Of a stretch of 64,000 bases of DNA, positions 59,948 to 64,000 are shown piece by piece. The DNA is from Macrostomum lignano. Its lineage: Eukaryota. A program made the position numbers and the translations under genes. The notes under the pieces are model-generated. The model worked only from the letters and a program-made list of their open reading frames with translations, had not been told where the DNA came from and ran no database searches. Location of the stretch: assembly GCA_002269645.1 (NCBI GenBank), contig NIVC01003700.1:1-64000 (forward strand), given 5' to 3'. The first letter of the stretch is position 1; each line of letters opens with the position of its first letter.

Positions 59948-61189
59948 ATCCGTTTTGTAAAGCTTCTCAAGTAGTAGGGGCTGAATTTCTGCAGTTTTCT
60001 CGGCTTTGAAATTTACAATTAGTTGCAGTTGTTTGCTGGGATCAGAGTTGTTTGAGGTTTCTTTCTCAAATCGCTTTCAGACTGAGAAGCGAGAAAGAGT
60101 TTTTTATTGGCTATTCTATCTGACTTCGGCTAGAGTTTTCCTGTCTAGGGGTTGGAAGAAAATATTCCATTGTTCTTGTAAACTGCTGCCTCCCTGCCGG
60201 GGTAGAGAAGTTAGCGCTAGTCACACGATTCTCAAGTTTTGTTGTTAGCAACGCGACGAATTTTTTTCACAACTCCCAATTAATTTTTCCACAAAGACTC
60301 GCGTCCCTCAGTAACTGCGAAGAATTTTATGTATTGAGTTAACTGCCTGAGAATCCTTACAAGTGGAAACTGTCCGTATAAACTACCTGTTGCCAGGTGT
60401 GCCAGTGGCGTTTTTGAGGGCTGAGTCAGGCGATAGATACACTGCTAATACTGTGCAGGGGACGCAAATTTGAGTACTTCTAATGCTGCTAAGGACTGCT
60501 AGCCACGGGATTAGGATGCAGAGCGGCTCATGGTTAGTGCCTTAGAGACAGTGCAAGCATAAATGCTAGCCCATATTCAAACAATGCTGCATATGCTTAA
60601 AACTTTCTTCATAAATAATAAAATCGAAGCAGATTGAACTGTTAGAGCTTTGACTGTGAAAAATATTAGTTTGGTTTGCGTCTATTTTACCTGACAGCTA
60701 AATTGTAGATATAGTGGCTTTCCACGCATTATTTGCGTTCTCCAGGATGTTCTTTGGTAACATTTAATAATATCACGTAAAATCTTTATGTCTACGTTTT
60801 ATCTGAGATTTAGAATGCCTTTTCGGGAGCTATTTTCATAAATACCTCAAAAGGCATGTTTATTCATCTACATAACTCTCGCAAAAATATATATTTTAAA
60901 GGTGCGAAGCCGCAAATTTATAAAAAAGAAACACAGTGCATTGTCAAAAAGTAGAAAGTATTGAAGGAATAGTTGTTTTCGATCAGAATTCAGGATTTGA
61001 TACAAAAATTGATCTACGAACTGCATTGAATTGTTTAATCAGTTACCAGCATGCAAAAAGTTAAACAAATTATGTATCACTTAAGATTTTCATTATGTAT
61101 TCAGTCAAGAATGCAATTAATTTTGGATTAAGTAATTAATGAGTCTCGTCAGTGATGCGAAAAAGCCACTGACACTAAATTGGCATAAT

Positions 61190-62177
61190 TTAGAGTGATC
61201 CTGAAACCATGCACTCAAACGTATTCATTGAATAGGAGTGCACGAACGGGTAAACTGGATCTTGCGACATAAATGATATGCCGACGCCAGAATAAGGCTG
61301 CGTCTGATTGAAAGCAAACGGAGGTTCGAAGTACTTTCCGTTCGGATTGAAGCAGTGACAGTTAGCGTACCACCAGGCTCCGTGATAGCTGATAGCGCAG
61401 TTTTGAGTGCCCGCATCCTGGTCTCTGTCCATGGTGCTGAACATACTTCCATTTAAAAAGTATGGGCTGCTATGGCTACAGGCTACCACATTCGATTTGC
61501 TCAAATCCTGCTCTCCGACGCTGACTCGGTATCCCTGACTGGCGTCCTGCACAGTGAAGTGAGCGTCCTCCCACCAGTAGCGAGTGCCGTTCCAGTCGCT
61601 CATCTCCCACCTCGCGCGCCTGTCTCCGGCTCGAGTGAGCTGGTGGATCGCCTCCAGACCCATCCAGTAGTTTCTGTCCTCGCCCTGTCCGAACTCAGTC
61701 AAGTAGTCTGTCCAGTTCCGGTAGAAATCTACCGAGCCGTCCACTCGGTGCTGGAAGGTGCGCCAGCAGGTTCGTCCGAGCTCGTCCAGCTGTCTCACCT
61801 GTATTATCACGGTTAGCCAAATCGTAGGGTCAATAATTATGCATCACGATAGCAACAGACATTTTAAAATAAAAATGAATCACACGGTGAGCACCTACCA
61901 GCAGCAGAGGCAGCGTCGAGTTTCTCGCATTGCGGCACTTTCTGCATCCGCTCGTTCCAAGCTGGCAGCTGTACAATCGACAAGTGTCCCGCTCGCGATC
62001 GAACTCAACCGCTTGGTGCTGCGGTCCAGCGAGAGTCGCGCACTCCAAGTCGCTCCGCACGCCAGCCACCGAGCTGTCAAGCTTGTACTCGCTCAGGTCG
62101 TCCCTCTGCACGGCCCATCGGTCCTCGCAGAAACCGCCGCAGAAGAAAATGGCCACTACGAGCAGTGCGTAGATCAT
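61190..62177 (-). CDS. secreted PAN/apple-like + FReD protein, copy 2 (divergent C-terminal half)
   Basis: Exon 1 62177-61899 (93 codons), 100-nt intron, exon 2 61798-61190; same FReD motifs. Confidence 0.92.
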
Positions 62178-63287
62178 GGCGAGTTTTCGAAAGAAAAATT
62201 GAGTGCCTGCACAATTTAGACTTTTTACGAGCGTAGCTCAATAGACGCGGTCTGGTTAGCTGCTACCTGTGTTACAAGTGGGCTTAGTAAGAAGATTCTT
62301 TATGCGCATTCTTAATATGCACCTTCATCCACAGCCAGCTCTTGCGTTGCTAAAACAGTTTTTTGTTGTCACTGCGTAGATGCCTAACCCGTTAGAAAGA
62401 CTGCTGGCGGAGGGAAGACTTAACAGCCCCAGCTGCCAACTCACAACCAGTATTTGGGGAAGAAAGCTAATTAAAACGCTGCGTGGGCCACCGCGTCTTG
62501 CAGATCCCCTATAGCTAGCTAGATTTTGTTCCCAACTCACAAATTGCATTTTGGCCCGCAGTTTACACTTGCGACGAAGCTGCTAGGCTTTTGTTTGAGT
62601 GGAAACTTCCATTCCTACAGGCAACGGTAGTGCATGGTTTTGGCAGAATTATTACTTATTAATAAGCCGTAGCAGCTTCGTAGACAGAAGTATTGAAAAA
62701 GGCTTTTCTGAAGGCAATTTTCGGTAAAGCTTTGAACAGAAATACACTTTAGACAAGTCACTAGTGCATTTAGTTTCGAAGAAAATAAGCTAATTTACTC
62801 ACACTACTTGCTGAAGCATGTTACGCATGGTCCTACAAAATCGAGACGAAAAATGAAAAATAGCAAAGAAGCATATGCAATAGTATATAGCTGTTATTTT
62901 ATATATAGTTTCAATAATAAAGACTCGAATAAAAGCTTAGCAGTACACGCCTTAAAATGTGCCTGCGAATTTACAGATAAAAAAATAGTTTGCATTGTTT
63001 TCTCACAAATAAGCATTATGTTTAGAAGCATACAGCATGGATCCATCCCTCTCTAGCTAAAGACTGTAAGATTCTAAAAGGTTTTTAGTACACGGAATAG
63101 TCAAATAAACAAATAACTATAATGCCAAATAGAAAGGCAAAGTCTACCAACGTTAGGAGACGTAGACATACCGATCTTTTACGACACTGCAGATATCAGC
63201 TACGCGACTAAGTTTAAAAAAGGTTGTTGTGAAGCGCTCAAAACTTTTAAGGGGATAGATGACATATAGTAGGCACTAAAGTATAGT

Positions 63288-64000
63288 TCAAACAGAAGCA
63301 GCCACCATGCATTCAAAAGTCTTCATTGAGTAGTAGTGGTTCAGCGGATAGCCAATGCCTGGGGAAGTGAACGTAAGTCCGTCAGCCCACAACGGTGGAG
63401 ACAAGTTAAGAGCTGTTGGAGGCGTGAAGTACCGACCGTTCGGGTTGAAGCAGTGACAACTGCCGTACCACCAGGCTCCTTGGTAGGTGACTGCGCAGTT
63501 ATGGGACCATCTGTCTTGATCCTTATCCGGTGTGCTGAACATTGCATTGTTCATGTAGGCACCAACAGTATGACTGCAAGTTGCAACATTCGACCGGCTG
63601 ACGTCAGGCTCTCCGACGCTGACTCGGTATCCCTGACTGGCGTCCTGCACAGTGAAGTGAGCGTCCTCCCACCAGTAGCGAGTGCCGTTCCAGTCGCTCA
63701 TCTCCCACCTCGCGCGCCTGTCTCCGGCTCGAGTGAGCTGGTGGATCGCCTCCAGACCCATCCAGTAGTTTCTGTCCTCGCCCTGGCCGAACTCAGTCAA
63801 GTAGTCTGTCCAGTTCCGGTAGAAATCCACCGAGCCGTCCACTCGGTGCTGGAAGGTGCGCCAGCAGGTTCGTCCGAGCTCGTCCAGCTGTCTCACCTGT
63901 ATTATCACGGTTAGCCAAATGCATCACGGTTGCAAAAGACATTGGAAAAAATGGATCACACGGTGAGCACCTACCAGCAGCAGAGGCAGCGTCGAGTTTC
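63288..64000 (-). CDS. PAN/apple-like + FReD protein, copy 3 (5' end beyond the window)
   Basis: Exon 1 fragment >64000-63975, 78-nt intron, exon 2 63896-63288. Confidence 0.9.

Noticed and set aside
59002-59974. Plus-strand ORFs opposite the FReD genes (also 61472-62219 and 63336-63914)
   Set aside because: Antisense shadows, duplicated along with the genes.

Overview
Eukaryotic (animal, probably lophotrochozoan) DNA with spliceosomal introns. Most large introns hold their own minisatellite array, a style resembling Macrostomum-type flatworm assemblies (inference). No rRNA, true tRNA gene or CRISPR array was seen. Manual exon chaining supports four coding units. (1) An unc-13/Munc13 homolog on the minus strand from 34443 to beyond position 1, with a C2A domain, a long disordered Ser/Pro/Gln region, a calmodulin-binding motif and the conserved PxVSDL exon. 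It has a nested probable alternative N-terminal exon at 4852-3003, an in-frame TAG in C2A and several 1-nt frame breaks. (2) An intronless rhodopsin-type peptide GPCR (+, 43320-44543). (3) A 15-exon SLC5 sodium:solute symporter (-, 58279-47666) with a 1-nt frameshift in exon 2 and a 19-aa repeat tail. (4) A tandem array of at least three secreted PAN/apple-like + fibrinogen-domain (FReD) genes (-, 58954 to >64000) that are three-way sequence mosaics, the most striking feature. Also present: a Tc1 deletion derivative with intact TIRs, a tRNA-derived SINE and about 28 tandem-repeat arrays, one of which carries ~50 branch-point/3' splice-site mimics just upstream of an unc-13 exon. All alignments were done by eye from remembered family consensus; no database search was run.
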